Part shown: positions 50,182 through 62,465 of the stretch, one piece after another | How positions within the stretch are numbered: the first letter of the stretch is position 1 | Layout of the letters: the number at the start of each line of letters is the position of its first letter | Source: Squalus acanthias | Lineage: Eukaryota | Assembly (NCBI GenBank): GCA_030390025.1 | Contig: JASTWF010000098.1 | Coordinates: 682,001 to 746,000, forward strand | Length of the DNA: 64,000 nt | Direction of reading: 5' to 3' | Translations under genes and position numbers: made by a program | Notes under the pieces: generated by a model | What the model was told of the DNA's origin: nothing | The model's input: only the letters and a program-made list of their open reading frames with translations | Database searches by the model: none

Positions 50182-53100
50182 CTGCAACAGTAGAGGGAAC
50201 TTAGAACAGAGACAGTATCTCACCCAGGACCGATGGAAGAGCTGGTAACATTGCTGATCCTGTAAACAGCGCACATTTGTGTAACCACCCATCATATACA
50301 GCAACCTCTCAGCACGATTTACAGAGGGACAGGAGAACAGAGAGAAGGAGACAGGAAAGAATCAGGGCGGGGGGGAAAGAAAAGAACAAAGACAAGAGCA
50401 ACAAGAAGTTTTTAAGAGGCTTTTGAAGGGAGGGAGGGAGGTAACGAGGAATAGCGAGAGGGTGGGGGTTTGGGAGGAAGACTTGTATTTCTACAGCGAC
50501 TTTCACAACCTCAGGACGTCCCAAAGCGTTTTACAGCCAATGAAGTACTTTTTTGAAGTGTAGTCACTGTTGTAATGTAGGAAACGCGGCAGCCAATTTG
50601 TGCACAGCAAGATCCCACAAATGGCCAGATAATCTGTTTTTTTTTTGTGAGATGTTCATTGAGGGATAAATATTGGCCCCAGGACACTGGGAGACCTCCC
50701 TGGCTCTTCTTCAAATAGTGCAGTGGGATCTTTTACGTCTACCTCGGTTTAATGTCTCATCCGAAAGACGGCCCCCTCTGACAGTGCAGCGCTCCCTCAG
50801 CACTGCACTGGGAGCGTCGGCCTGGATTTTGTGCTCTGAAGTGGGACTTGAACCCACGACCTTCTGACTGAGAGGCGAGAGTGCTACCCACTGAGTCACA
50901 GGGAGCAGTAGGGGGTTTCGGAGGGATAGGGAGGAGGAGTCGGTTTTGGTGCGAGGGGGAGGGGGCAGTTTTGGAAGGGAGTTAGAGAGAGCAGGTGTGT
51001 AGTGACTAAAGCCACGACCTATGCTGGTGGAATGGAGGGAGCAGGGGATGAGCAGAATTCTAGACTCGAAGGGTGCGGTTGTCCGTAAAGCTCGAGAGGG
51101 TCAGTCTGATGAGAATATAACAAAATCCTAAGTGAGTACAGGCCAATCAGCCCATCAGGCCCCCTCCATACAGAACCCATGTGTGATTATTGTGTCATGG
51201 GCTTCCCTCTCAAGACAACTGCTGCTACCCGACTTAACTGAAAATAAGCTCCTCCCCTCACCTTTCTAACGCTCAATCCCCCTTCTCAACAGATACCAAT
51301 CCAACTCCTATTAACGGTGCTGGCTGATTCAAGCTCGCTCAAGTCTCAAAAGTTCTGTACCTGTCTCCCCAAGTCCTGTGCTCATTGTCCAAGACAAGTA
51401 GCTGTTTTACTTCCACCTCACCTTCGCCTTTCATTGTTTTAAAGGCCTGTATCATAGATGGGGAGCGAGTGCGAGGGATCTGAAGATAAGGACAATCATA
51501 AAATCATAGAATGATACAGCACAGAAGGAGGCCATTCAGCCCATCGTGCCTGTGCCGGCTCTTTGAAAGAGCTCTCCAATCAGTCCCACTACCCCCTGCT
51601 CTTTCCCCACAGCCCTGCAAATTTCTCCCCTTCTAGTATTTATCCAATTCTCTTTTGAAAGTTACTATTGAATCTGCTTCCACCGCCCTTTCAGGCAGCG
51701 CATTCCAGATCACAACAACTCGCGTAATTTTTTTTCCCCCTCATGTCGCCTCTGGTTCTTTTGGCAATTACCTTAAAGTAAGGAGATGAAGTGGATGTTT
51801 TGGGGGGCTGGGGGTGGTGACAGGGAGTCGGGAAGTGAGCATGCGATAGCAAGAGAACCACTTCCAGCATTAGGCAGCTCGGAGACACGAGGCCACAATC
51901 TCAACGTTGATGAAGGCTGCCTCATTAAGTCAGCTGATGGTCTAGTACAGTGACAGGATCACTGCTGTGTTTACTCTGAGTGCTGGAGATTAAATGAGTA
52001 TCGAGAGGGCTGTAGACTATGCAAGAGGCCCATTAAAAGCTGCTTTCTGAGTCCTTTAATGCATTCTTTACCAGGGACAGTCTAATGCATCCCCTTGCTG
52101 GGTGGGGGCTTTAACCCCCACAGTTCTGGCCCAGCTTTTAATTCGCTTTATAAGCTTCTCAGATCCAGTCAGGAAGAAAAATCCAACAGGCTTCATACAT
52201 TTTTAATCATCTCAAATTAAAAGAAAAAACAGCACTGCCTCCAGCCAATAGTGTAGCGTGCCCCATACAGACCACCGATATCTCAGGTTCGATCTCTGCT
52301 CTCACCAGGGCAGTGGTAGGAAGGCTACAAACTCCCTCAGGACCCGCTGGAGAAACCCGTGACAGTTCCTGCTGGAAAGTGCCCAGGTGGATGTTAGGAT
52401 GAGGACTCATCTGTGATCTTCTTCCTTAACAGAATGAGCTGCCAACACCCGCTGATACAGAGTGAACAATTGGGTGGGACACTAGGCCACCGGGTGCCCC
52501 AGCACAAATCCGGGAACAAGCGAAAGACAAGAACTTTTAAGAGAAACTGTTTCCAGTGGCAGGAGGGTCGGTAACCTGAGGAGACAGATTTAAGGTAATT
52601 GGCAAAAGAACCAGAGGGGAGATGAGAATTTTTTTTTTGCAGCGAGTTGTGATCTGGAATGCGCTGCCTGAAAGGGCGGTGGAAACAGATTCAATAGTTA
52701 CTTTCAAAAGGGAATTGGATAAATACTTGAAGGGGAGAAATTTGCAGGGCTGTGGGGAAAGAGCTGGGGAGTGGGACTAATTGGAGAGCTCGGATGAGAT
52801 GTCAAACCGAGGTCCTGTCTGCTTTCTGAGGTGGACGTAAAAGATCCCATGGCACTATTTTGAAATGCTGGGGAGTTCTCCCTGGTGTCCTGGCCAATAT
52901 TTATCCCTCAATCAACATCACTAAAACAGATGATCTGGTCATTATCATATTGCTGTTTGTGGGAGCTTGCTGTACACAAATTGACTGCCGCATTTCCTAC
53001 ATTACAACAGTGACTACACTTCAAAAAATACTTCATTGGCTGTAAAGCGCTTTGAGACGTCCTGAGGTTGTGAAAGGCGCTATAGAAATGCAAGTCTTTC

Positions 53101-54771
53101 TTTTTTTTTTCCTGTATATAATATACTGTTTTACCCGGGATAGACCCTCTCCTGTATATAGTGTAATACAACCGTGTTTTACCCAGGATATTGAGACAGT
53201 AGTCCTGCTTGTTGTTCCCTTAATGCTATCCAGTTGTACTGTTTCTCTCTCTCTCTCTCTCCCTGTGCCATCCCATCGCACACCCTTCGCATTAGAAAGT
53301 CCCCATGGAATCCTGAAGGACACATTAGCTTTCAGAATGTCGGAAAGCTTTCTGGCAATTATCACTTCATAGGAACAGCAAGAGCAGCAGAACAGGGAGG
53401 AATCCCCCAGACCGTCTACAACAAATTGCCCTCTGCCTCCACCAGCTGAGTCAGTCCGACTCCTGGCCATCTCCTGGGACTGTCCATCGCTTAAAACTAC
53501 CCTGTGTGAGGCAGGAGCGATGAGGCTCTAGTGCGAGTGTGGCAGCAATTAGTTAATACCTAGCCACTCTCTTCTGAAGGAAGTCGCACAGATCAGCATC
53601 CCCATCAATAAATTCATCTCATATCTCATTCTGGCCTATTTTCAAAAATTTTACACTGTTCATTTATGGTGACCATTTAAAAAAAATTCTCAGGATGTGG
53701 GCGTCGCTGGCAAGGCCCAGCATTTATTGCCCATCCCTAATTGCCCTTGAGAAGGTGGTGGTGAGCCGCCTTCTTGAACCGCTGCAGTCCGTGTGGTGAA
53801 GGTACTCCCACAGTGCTGTTAGGGAGGGAGTTCCAGGATTTTGACCCAGCGACGATGAAGGATCGGTGATATTTTCCAAGTCAGGATGGTGTGTGACTTG
53901 GAGGGGAACATGGAGGTGGTGGTGTTCCCATGCGCCTGCTGCCCTTGTCCTTTTAGGTGGTAGCGGTCGTGGGTTTGGGAGGTGCTGCTGAAGAAGCCTT
54001 GGCGAGTTGCTGCAGTGCATCTTGTAGATGGTACACACTGCAGCCACGGTGCATCGGTGGTGGAGGGAGTGAATGTTTAAGGTGGTGGATGGGGTGCCAA
54101 TCAAGCGGGCTGATTTGTTCCGATTGGTATCGAGCTCCTCGAGTGTTGGAGCTGCACTCATCCAGGCAAGTGGAGAGTATTCCATCACACTCCTGACAGT
54201 GGAGCGGTTGGGGAAGTCAGGTGGTGAGTCACTCTCTGCAGAATACCCAACCTCTGACCTGCTCAATATGCACAGATTCCAGCTTTTACTATTCAGTGGA
54301 AACGAACAGGCAGCCAATATAAAGTGTCACTGCATCACACTGACCTAAACAGAAAGAAAGACTCAGGTTCAAGCCCTGGTCTGTGCTTTGCGAGCGATCT
54401 GAAATGAGAAGGCAATAGGGGACAGTACACTGGCTCCTCCATGACCTCGCCTCTCCTCATCTCTGTAACCTCCTCCAGCCCTACAACACTCAGAGATCTC
54501 TGCGCTCCTCCAATTTTGGCCTCTTGCGCATCCCCGATTTTCATCGCTACATCAGTGGCGGCCGTGCCTTCAGCTGCCTAAGCTCTGGAATTCCCTCCCT
54601 AAAACTCTCCACTGCTCTCTCCTCCTTTAAGACCCTCCATAAAACCTACCTCTTTGATCAAGCTTTTCGTCACCCGTCCTAATATCTCCTTATGTGGCTG
54701 ATAACACTCCTGTGATGCACCTTGGGACGTTTTACTACATTAAAGGTGCTATATAAATACAAGTTGTTGTT

Positions 54772-55241
54772 GTATCTAACTCGTGCTGTACCTGCCCTGG
54801 GAGTGTTTGATGGGACAGTGTAGAGGGAGCTTTACTCTGTATCTAACCCGTGCTGTACCTGCCCTGGGAGTGTTTGATGGTACAGTGTAGAGGGAGCTTT
54901 ACTCTGTATCTAGCCCGTGCTGTACCTGCCCTGGGAGTGTTTGATGGGACAGTGTAGAGGGAGCTTTACTCTGTATCTAACCCGTGCTGTACCTGCCCTG
55001 GGAGTGTTTGATGGGACAGTGTAGAGGGAGCTTTACTCTGTATCTAACCCGTGCTGTACCTGCCCTGGGAGTGTTTGATGGGACAGTGCAGAGGGAGCTT
55101 TACTCTGTATCTAACCCGTGCTGTACCTGCCCTGGGAGTGTTTGATGGTACAGTGTAGAGGGAGCTTTACTCTGTATCTAACCCATGCTGTACCTGCCCT
55201 GGGAGTGTTTGATGGGACAGTGTAGAGGGAGCTTTCCACTG
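54772..55241 (-). repeat. Same 67-bp minisatellite, about 7 copies, inverted
   Basis: Reverse complement of the 35543-36361 unit. Confidence 0.97.
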
Positions 55242-55355
55242 TCTCACCACCAACATCTTTCACCTTGGTGAGCACAAAAAAATTACTTCAAGCATATTTG
55301 CAAAAAAAAATCTGTACATTTTTCACAGAAAGTGAATTGCCCTGTCTCTGGGTAC

Positions 55356-55388
55356 TGCATTGACCTTCATTGCCGCCAGGTGGCGCCA
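55356..55388 (+). promoter_or_regulatory. CTCF binding motif with upstream module
   Basis: CCGCCAGGTGGCGC core at 55373-55386 and TGCATTGAC starting 17 nt upstream. Confidence 0.7.
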
Positions 55389-55808
55389 GTACTCCACAGG
55401 ACAGATGTGCTATCTGTGCACTGAGCTGGTCGCCTGCAGGCTGAGGCACTGTGTTCAGGTGAGTTCCCCGCTCTGGCATGCTCACTTGGGTTTGACCTGC
55501 CCTCATTCACTGCTCACATTTTCTCTGTCTCTGCTCTGATGCATATTCAAGTATCGGTTTGGAAAATAATAATTCGAAAAAATTTAGAACCTGAATTAAT
55601 TTAATAAAATTCTCCGCTTCCAGCTTATTCCTGGGGAAAGTACCCAATCCTTCGGAATTATTTCCACGCCCAGGTCAGTTTGACTTACTGGTAGCACTCT
55701 CCTCTCTGGGTTAGAGTCTTGTGGCTTCAAGCCCTGCTCCAGGACTTGAAAACGCAATCTCGGCTGACACTGCAGTGCAGCACTGATGGAGTTCTGTAAT
55801 ATCAGGGC

Positions 55809-55973
55809 CAATGTTCCCCCTAAATTTAAATTTGGGTGCGCGGTCCCTTTAACGGGCTGCGTGGCCCATTCAAAGTTTCGCACATGCGCAAAATTTCACA
55901 TTGAAACAGCCGGTCCCGGGCTGTGCGGGACCGGCAGACAACGGCGCAGCCGGGCAACTTAGAGGGAACGTTG
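55809..55973. mobile_element. 165-bp hAT-type MITE
   Basis: Termini CAATGTTCCCCCTAA and TTAGAGGGAACGTTG; 8-bp duplication ATCAGGGC/TTCAGGGC. The right half of a relative is at about 37350-37498. Confidence 0.8.
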
Positions 55974-57359
55974 TTCAGGGCTAGATTCCTTCATATGGGA
56001 CCTGAAACTGAGGCCCTGTCTGTAATGCTGGCTCATTTCAAATTAATATATTTGTTTTTTTTAATAAAAATTATTCTTGGGATGTGGGCGTCGCTGGCAA
56101 GGTCAGCATTTATTGCCCATCCCGAGTTGCCCTTGAGAAGGTGGTGGTGAGCTGCCTTCTTGAACCGCTGCAGTCCGTGTGGTGAAGGTACTCCCACAGT
56201 GCTGTTAGGGAGGAGGAACGGCGATATACTTCCAAGTCAGGATGGTGTGTGACTTGGAGGTGGTGGTGTTCCCATGCACCTGCTGCCCTCGTCCTTCTAG
56301 GTGGAAGAGGTCGTGGGTTTGGGAGGCGCTGTCGAAGAAGCCTTGGCGAGTTGCTGCAGCGCATCTTGTAGATGGTACACACCGCAGCCATGGTGCGCCG
56401 GTGGTGAATGTTTAGTGGATGGGCTGGCGAGATAAGAATAGGAGCAGCAAATTGTCCTGATGTACAGGACAACATTCCTCCTGCATCACAATCAGGTTAA
56501 CGGCTAAGTCACTTAATTGGTGCTTGTGGGATCTTAGTTTACGTAAAGCTTCTGTCGTCTTTACCCACATAACGTCACGCCGTGTCACACTGCACATGAA
56601 GCTCGAGACGCACTTCTGTGGAAACGGACTTCCGATGGCAAGAATATAGGGAGAAAGGCGGCTTAAGGAGAAGCATAGCAAGTGTCAAATAGCTTTAATG
56701 GCCCAACTTTACCTGTGTAAACGTGGGCAGAGTGCTCCTGGTGGGATCCAGGGTAGCTGGCGTTGGGGATTCAGGAACAGGTTACCTCCTGCAGGCGGAG
56801 ACACAGAAGTGGGTCCCAGTGCAGGTCCACTATTCATGTTAATAAGCTCTGAAATATTGAATCTAACAACCTGGATGCTTGAGATGATGGGCCACTGTGT
56901 GCCATGGGGCAGGTGGGTGTCCAGGGTCTCCTTCAACGCCTCCTCTGGGACTGTTTGAGCATCCACTATTTACACATGAACTCAATTTTACAAAGCCTTG
57001 CACTCATCATTACCCCATATCACACTCCCTTAGACTCACGGTCATTACCCCATATCACACTCCTTTACACGCTCCCACACCACATGTACTGGGGGGTTCT
57101 GGGGAACGTGTGCACGGGTTATGAGTTCCGATTGCACTGCGCTTTTTAAAATTGTGCAGGTGACTGGGGCAGTTCTTCTTCACGGTTTCAACTCCTATAA
57201 CAATGCTTAAGTAGCACAGGCCCTTTACTGTTACCCTGTCTGTATTTTTAAAACAGTAAGTTTGCAATAAAAAAAAACTAAAAAAAAGGAAATATTTTTA
57301 AATGCAGAAAACAGTTAAACATATTCATAACAGTCTCCCCGCACTGCCTTGCTGAGAAA

Positions 57360-57925
57360 TTACAAAGCTCTGGTTAGACCACACCTGGAGCACTGTGAGC
57401 AGTTCGGGGCACCACACCTTAGGAAGGATATATTGGCCTTGGAGGGAGTGCAGTGTAGGTTTACCAGAATGATACTTGGACGCCAAGGATTAAATTACGA
57501 GGGGAGATTACACAAGGGTTGTATTCCTTGGAATTTAGAAGGTTAAGGGGTGATCTGATCGAAGTTTTCAAGGTATTAAGGAGAACTGATAGGGTAGATA
57601 GAGAGAAACTATTTCCGCTGGTTGGGGATTCTAGGACTAGGGGGCATAGTCTAAAAATTAGAGCCAGGCCTTTCAGGAGTCAAGTTAGGAAACACTTCTA
57701 CACACAAAGGGTGGTAGAAGTTTGGAACTCTTCCGCAAACAGCAACTGATGCTCGATCAATTGTTAATTTTAAATCTGAAATTGATAAGATTTTTGTGAA
57801 CCAAAGGTATTAAGGGATATGGACCAAAGGCGGGTATATGGAGTTAGGTCACAGATCAGCCATGATCTCAATGAATGGCGGAACAGGCTCGAGGGGCTAA
57901 ATGGCCTCCTCCCGTTCCTGTGTTC
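57360..57925 (+). mobile_element. CR1 3' fragment
   Basis: LVRPHLEHC, RRLRGDLIEVF; same subfamily as 14085-15075 and 62865-63295. Another fragment lies at about 48820-49255. Confidence 0.88.
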
Positions 57926-59160
57926 CAGTGTGGCAGTGAACAAGGTCTCAGGCTCCAAGCCCCAGTCTGTGCTGAGCGAGCTGATCTCAGGAGGGGGCAA
58001 TGCAGGGGGAAAGGCAGAGGGCACAAGAGAGGGGAAAAAACAATCAAACCAGCTGGGGATTGATATTCAGTGACTCATGCTGGGTGTACGAGTGCGAGCA
58101 CAAGTGTGAGCACGAGTGGGAGAGAGAACAAGAAAGAAAAGAAACCGTGCATGCACCAGGCTTAGCTATGATGTCCTCATGACCATATAGCCCACCAGCG
58201 CCTAGGGTACTTTACCCTATTAGGAGTCAGTGACTGGAGGAGAGAATGGGGAGAAAGTTAAGGGGGAAAAAGCACCTCAACTTGATTCCTACCCCTCTGC
58301 TGTGAGGCAATCTCGCCATAGAAGGGGTTAAAGGCAGTGTGTAACTGAGCCAGAATGCTCCATGTTCAAAGCCTGGGCAGTGCTTAGGTAGCTGGTCTCA
58401 GTGAGAGCGATTATACAACAACAACAACAACTTGCATTTATATAGCGCCTTTAATGTAATAAAACGTCCCAAGGCGCTTCACAGGAGTGTTAGCAAACAA
58501 AATTTAACACCGAGTCACATCAGGAGATATTAGGACAGGCGACCAAAAGCTTGGTCAAAGAGGGAGGTTTAACGGAGAGGAGGAGAGGTGGAGAGGTTTA
58601 GGGAGAGATTTCCAGAGCTTAGGTCCTAGACGGCCGAAGGCACGGCCGCCAATGGTGGAGCGATTAAAATCTGGGATGCTCACGAGGTCAGAATTGGAGG
58701 AGCGCAGAGATCTCGGAGGGTTGTAGGACTGGAGGAGGTTACAGAGATAGGGAGCTGGAACTGGCCTCAGTGCACCATATCTAGGGAGGGGGAAAAAATG
58801 AGCAGCTGATCACTGTCCAGTGTCTCCGGCCTGTGAATATAAGAACATAAGAATTAGGAGCAGGAGTAGGTCATACAGCCCCTCGAGCCTGCTCCACCAT
58901 TCAATAAGATCATGGCTGATCTTCGACCTCAACTCCACTTTCCTGCCCGATACCCATATCCCTTGATTCCCTTAAATGGGGCGAGTGCAGGATTGGGTTG
59001 GGCTGTGATTCCCTCCAAGGGCGAGTAGCCTCTCTGGCCTAACAGTTCGCACATTAAATTTGGCCACGCGGAAGAGGTACTGGAGGGCGTTTGATCGGTG
59101 GCTGTGGAAGGTCTTCAGGAGAGGGGAAGGGAGGTCAGAAACACAGGAAGGCCTGCTTAC

Positions 59161-59301
59161 CTGGTGCTGGCTCGCATATCCCACTGTCTGATGTAGGTGT
59201 CATATCCACAGGTCAGCACAACCGAGGGAGTCTCGTACAGGATATCCAGGACCCCAGCTCCCCGACGAAAGTCCGACCCCAGGCTGCTCTCCAGCTGGCC
59301 A
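59161..59301 (-). CDS. FBXW4: FBXW4 exon (WD40); upstream exons lie beyond the right edge
   Basis: GQLESSLGSDFRRGAGVLDILYETPSVVLTCGYDTYIRQWDMRASTR; 141 nt; AG/GTAAGC. Confidence 0.96.
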
Positions 59302-59562
59302 CTGAAAGAGATGATGAGCACAGCTTTGAATGTGCGCAAAGGCGCAGATCTTACAACTGGCAACTGCGTGCAAGCAAAAAAGGAACTTGAGTTTCTATAG
59401 CGCCTTTCACGGACTCAGGACGTCCCAAGGGTTTTACAGCCAATGAAGTACTTTTTTTTGAACTGTAGCCACTGTTCCAATGTAGAAAATACGGCAGCCA
59501 ATTTACACACAGCAAGCTCCCACAAAAGGCAATGTGATAATGACCAGATAATCTGTTTTAGT

Positions 59563-59663
59563 AGTTCTGACGAAAGGTCATCGACCTGTAACGTTACCTC
59601 TGTTTCTCTCACCACAGATGCTGCCTGACCTGCTGAGTATTTCCAGCATTTTCTGTTTTTATT
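59563..59663 (+). mobile_element. Short Penelope pseudo-LTR/hammerhead insertion in a Deu-SINE
   Basis: AGTTCTGACGAAAGGTCATCGACCTGTAACGTT...; flanked by TCTGTTTTAGT and TCTATTTTAGT. Confidence 0.82.
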
Positions 59664-60164
59664 TCTATTTTAGTGATGTTGGTTGAGGGATAAATATTGG
59701 CAAGGACACTGGGGAGAACTCCCATGCTCTTCTTCAAAATAGTACCGTGAGATCTTTTGTGTTCACCTGAGAGAGTAGACGGGGCCTCGGTTTAACGTCT
59801 AATCTGAAAGACGGCACCTGACAGTGCGGCACTCCCTCAGCACTGCACTGGGGTGTCAGCCTAGATTTTGTGCTCAAGTCTCTGGAGTGAGACTTGAACT
59901 CACGACCTTCTGACTCAGAGGCAAGGGTGCTGCCCACTGAGCCACGGCTGAGGTAGAGGTGCTAAAATGAGCTTCAGTTGCCCCGGACTGGGGTGGTGGG
60001 TGGGGAGAGATTAGCTGGGTTTTCTGCTGCTGACCACTATCCAGTATTGGGGCTCTGGTTGAATGGGCTGCTCACACTCGCAGTCCGGGCTGACCCAGGG
60101 TATGAACTGTCAACAGGTGCCCCTTGGGAGCCCAGATCCCAGCGGGGGAGCAGGGCAAAAGATA

Positions 60165-62465
60165 TCATAGAATCTCACAGCACAGAAGGAGGCCATTCGG
60201 CCCATCGTGCCTGTGCCGGCTCTTTGAACGAGCTCTCCAATTAGTCCCACTCCCCCTGCTCTTTCCCCGTAGACCTGCAATTTCTCCCCATTCAAGTATT
60301 TATCCAATTCCCTTTTGAAAGTTACTATTGAATCTGCTTGCACCTCCCTTTCAGGCAGCGCATTCCAGATCACAACAACTCGCTGCTTAAAAATCATTCT
60401 CATCTCCCCCTCTGGTTCTTTTACCAATTATCTTAAATCTGTGTCCTCTGGTTACCAACGCTCCTGCCAGTGGAAACAGTTTCTCCTTATTTACTCTATC
60501 AAAATCCTTCATAATTTTGAATATCTCTATTAAATCTCCCCTTAACCTTCTCTGCTCTAAGGATAATAACACGAACTTCTCCAGTCTCGCCACATAACTG
60601 AAGTCCCGCATCCCTGGTACCATTCTAGTAAACCTCCTCTGCACCCTCTCCAAGGCCGTGACATCCTTCCTAATGTGCGGTGCCCAGAATTGGACACAAT
60701 ACTCTAGCTGGGGCCTGATTTATAAAGGTTTAGCATAAATTCTTTGCTTTTTTACTCTATGTCCCTGTTTATAAAGCCAAGGATCCCATATGCTTTTTTA
60801 ACAGACTTCTAAGATTTGTGTACATACACCCCCAGGTGCTGTTCCTGCACCCCCTTTAAAATTGTACCATTTAGTTTATATTGCCTCTCATCATTCTTCC
60901 TACCATTTAAAAAAATTAGTTCATGGGATGTAGGCGTTGCTGGCAAGGTCAGCATTTATTGTCCATCCCTAACTGCCGCCTTTTTGAACCGCTGCAGTCT
61001 GTATGGTGACTTCTTTGTAGCGGTTTGGTACAACTGAGTGGCTTGCTAGTCGGTTGTACCAAACCGCTGCCGAGGTCGATGCCGGGTGGTCCATCCGGTT
61101 TTAGTCTTATTGTTTTTCGTAGTGTTTTTTTACAACTGAGTGTCTTGCTGGGCCATTTCAGAGGGTAGTTAAGAGTCAACCACAATGCTGTGGGTCTGGA
61201 GTCACATATAGGCCAGACCGGGTAAGGACAGCAGATTTCCTTCCCTAAAGGACATTAGTGAATCAGATGGGTTTTTACAACAATCCGGTAGTTTCATGTA
61301 CTAGCTTTTTCTTCCAGATTTATTAATTAACTGAATTTAAATTCCACAGCTGCCGTGGTGGGATTTGAACTCACGTCTCTGGATCATTAGTCCAGGCCTC
61401 TGGATTACTAGTCCAGTAACATAACCACTATGCTACCGTACCTCCTAATGTATCACTTCACACTTCTCTGCGTTATCTGCCATGTGTTTGCCCATTTCAC
61501 CAGTCTGTTTATGTCCTACTGAAGTCATTACTATCCTCCTCACTGTTTGTGCTACATTTCCAAATTTCGTGTCATCTACAAAATTTGAAATGATGTCCTG
61601 TATGCCCAAGTCCAGGTCATTAATATATATCAAAAAGAGCAGTGGTCCTAATACCGACCCTGGGGAACACCACTGTATACTTCCCTCCACCCTGAAAAAC
61701 AACCGTTCACCACTACTCTCTGCTTTCTGTCACTTAGCCAATTTCATATCCACTCTGCCACTGCCCCATTAATCCCATGGGCTTCAATTTTGCTAACAAG
61801 TCTATTATGCGGTACTTTATCAAACGCCTTTTGAAAGTCCATATACACAACATCAACCGCACTACCTTAATCAATCTTCTCCTTTACTTCATCAAAGAAC
61901 TCAATCAAGTTAGTCAAACACGATTTGCCTTTAACAAATCTGTGCTGGCTGTCATTTATTAACCCATGTTTTTCCAAGTGACAATTAACTTTGTCTCCGA
62001 TTATCGTCTCTAAAAGTTTCCCCAGCACTCACGCTAGGCTGATTGGCCTGGAGTTGCCGGGTTTATCCCTCTCCCCTTTTTTGAACAGGGGTGTAACATT
62101 TGCCATCCTCCAGTCCTCTGACACCACTCCCATATCTGAGGAGGCTTGGAAGATTGTGGCCAGAGTTCTGCTATTACCACCCTTACTTCCCTCAGCAACC
62201 GAGGATGCATCCCATCCAGACTTGGTGACTTTTCAACTTTGAGCGCTGCCAACCTTTTAAGTACCTCCTCTTTATCTATTTTTTATCCTATTCAATTTCT
62301 CTACTACCTCCTCCTTTACTGTGACATTGGCAGCATCCTCTTCTTTAGTGAAGACAGATACAAAGTACTCATTTAGTACCTCAGCCATGCCCTCTGCTTC
62401 CACAACAAAATCTCCTTTTTTGTTCCGAATCGTCTCCATCCTTCCTTTGACTACGCTTTTACTAT
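60165..62465 (-). mobile_element. CR1 fragment interrupted by a tRNA-headed SINE (about 60905-61443)
   Basis: CR1 ORF pieces on both sides. The SINE head on minus reads GGTAGCATAGTGGTT...GAGTTCAAATCCC, and its tail matches the 3' end of the second LINE family. Confidence 0.82.

Noticed and set aside
56709-57290. Processed pseudogene (85-aa ORF; AATAAA plus A-rich run near 57266)
   Set aside because: No recognisable protein, the ORF and the A-run are on opposite strands, and no target duplication was found.
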